Shown here in pieces: positions 22,388 through 22,541 of a DNA stretch of 22,541 nucleotides. The stretch comes from a virus (Duplodnaviria > Heunggongvirae > Uroviricota > Caudoviricetes). The notes under the pieces are model-generated. The model saw only the letters and a program-made list of their open reading frames with translations. It was not told where the DNA came from and made no database searches. Every line of letters begins with the position of its first letter. Within the stretch, counting starts at the first letter, position 1. A program made the translations under genes and the position numbers. The stretch spans positions 1 to 22,541 of IMG/VR virus record IMGVR_UViG_3300033463_000022; one strand, 5' to 3'.

Positions 22388-22461
22388 GGGCCGGTAGGCT
22401 AATGGGAAACTTCGTCCCTTGCAAGGATGGGTTGTGGGTTCGATTCCCACTCGGTCCACCA
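22388..22461 (+). tRNA. trnA: tRNA-Ala(TGC)
   Basis: G3:U70 pair, loop CT-TGC-AA, encoded CCA. Confidence 0.92.
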
Positions 22462-22528
22462 GCTTTCGCAAAGCAACTCGTTAGGAGTGCCGAGCAACAC
22501 TTTAAACTGCTCACCCCCCTTTCTATAT

Positions 22529-22541
22529 GCTCCCGTCTACT
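22529..22541 (+). tRNA. Probable 5' end of a further tRNA, truncated by the window edge
   Basis: TAT-GCTCCCGTCTACT resembles the start of the tRNA-Leu(CAA) gene (TAT-GCTCGCTTACT). Confidence 0.3.

Overview
The window is a 22.5 kb piece of a large lytic-type dsDNA phage, probably infecting a Firmicutes/Clostridia-like host (inferred from AGGAGG/AAGGAG ribosome-binding sites and TTGACA-17-TATAAT promoters). (1) 1-5.2 kb holds small early-type genes, each in a cassette of hairpin, CGCCCGGGCG palindrome, sigma70 promoter and gene; the first encodes a DEDDh exonuclease. (2) 6.35-7.95 kb is a minus-strand module: a ribbon-helix-helix protein, a DUF5659-like protein, a DUF6291-like initiator candidate overlapping an iteron-like TTCCA(A/T)TGGAA array, and an unknown gene. 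(3) 8.2-18.7 kb holds plus-strand genes, including an HEXXH metallopeptidase, an M28-like peptidase and two paralogous zinc-ribbon proteins. (4) 18.7-22.5 kb is a tRNA island with eight complete tRNAs, a GIY-YIG endonuclease and several structured non-coding RNAs. The strongest signal is that clearly recognisable genes carry single in-frame TAG codons (RHH 7830, DUF5659-like 7703, GIY-YIG 19194, probably 6528/6363), while essentially all real genes end in TAA or TGA. This indicates amber recoding (likely TAG=Gln, code 15) that the supplied code-11 ORF track misses. Other highlights are a circularly permuted tRNA mimic resembling YrlA Y RNA (22048-22146), a ~520 nt ornate RNA (20762-21282), a tRNA-Ile(UAU) and a candidate -1 frameshift at 9211. 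All family assignments come from motifs read by eye; no database search was run.
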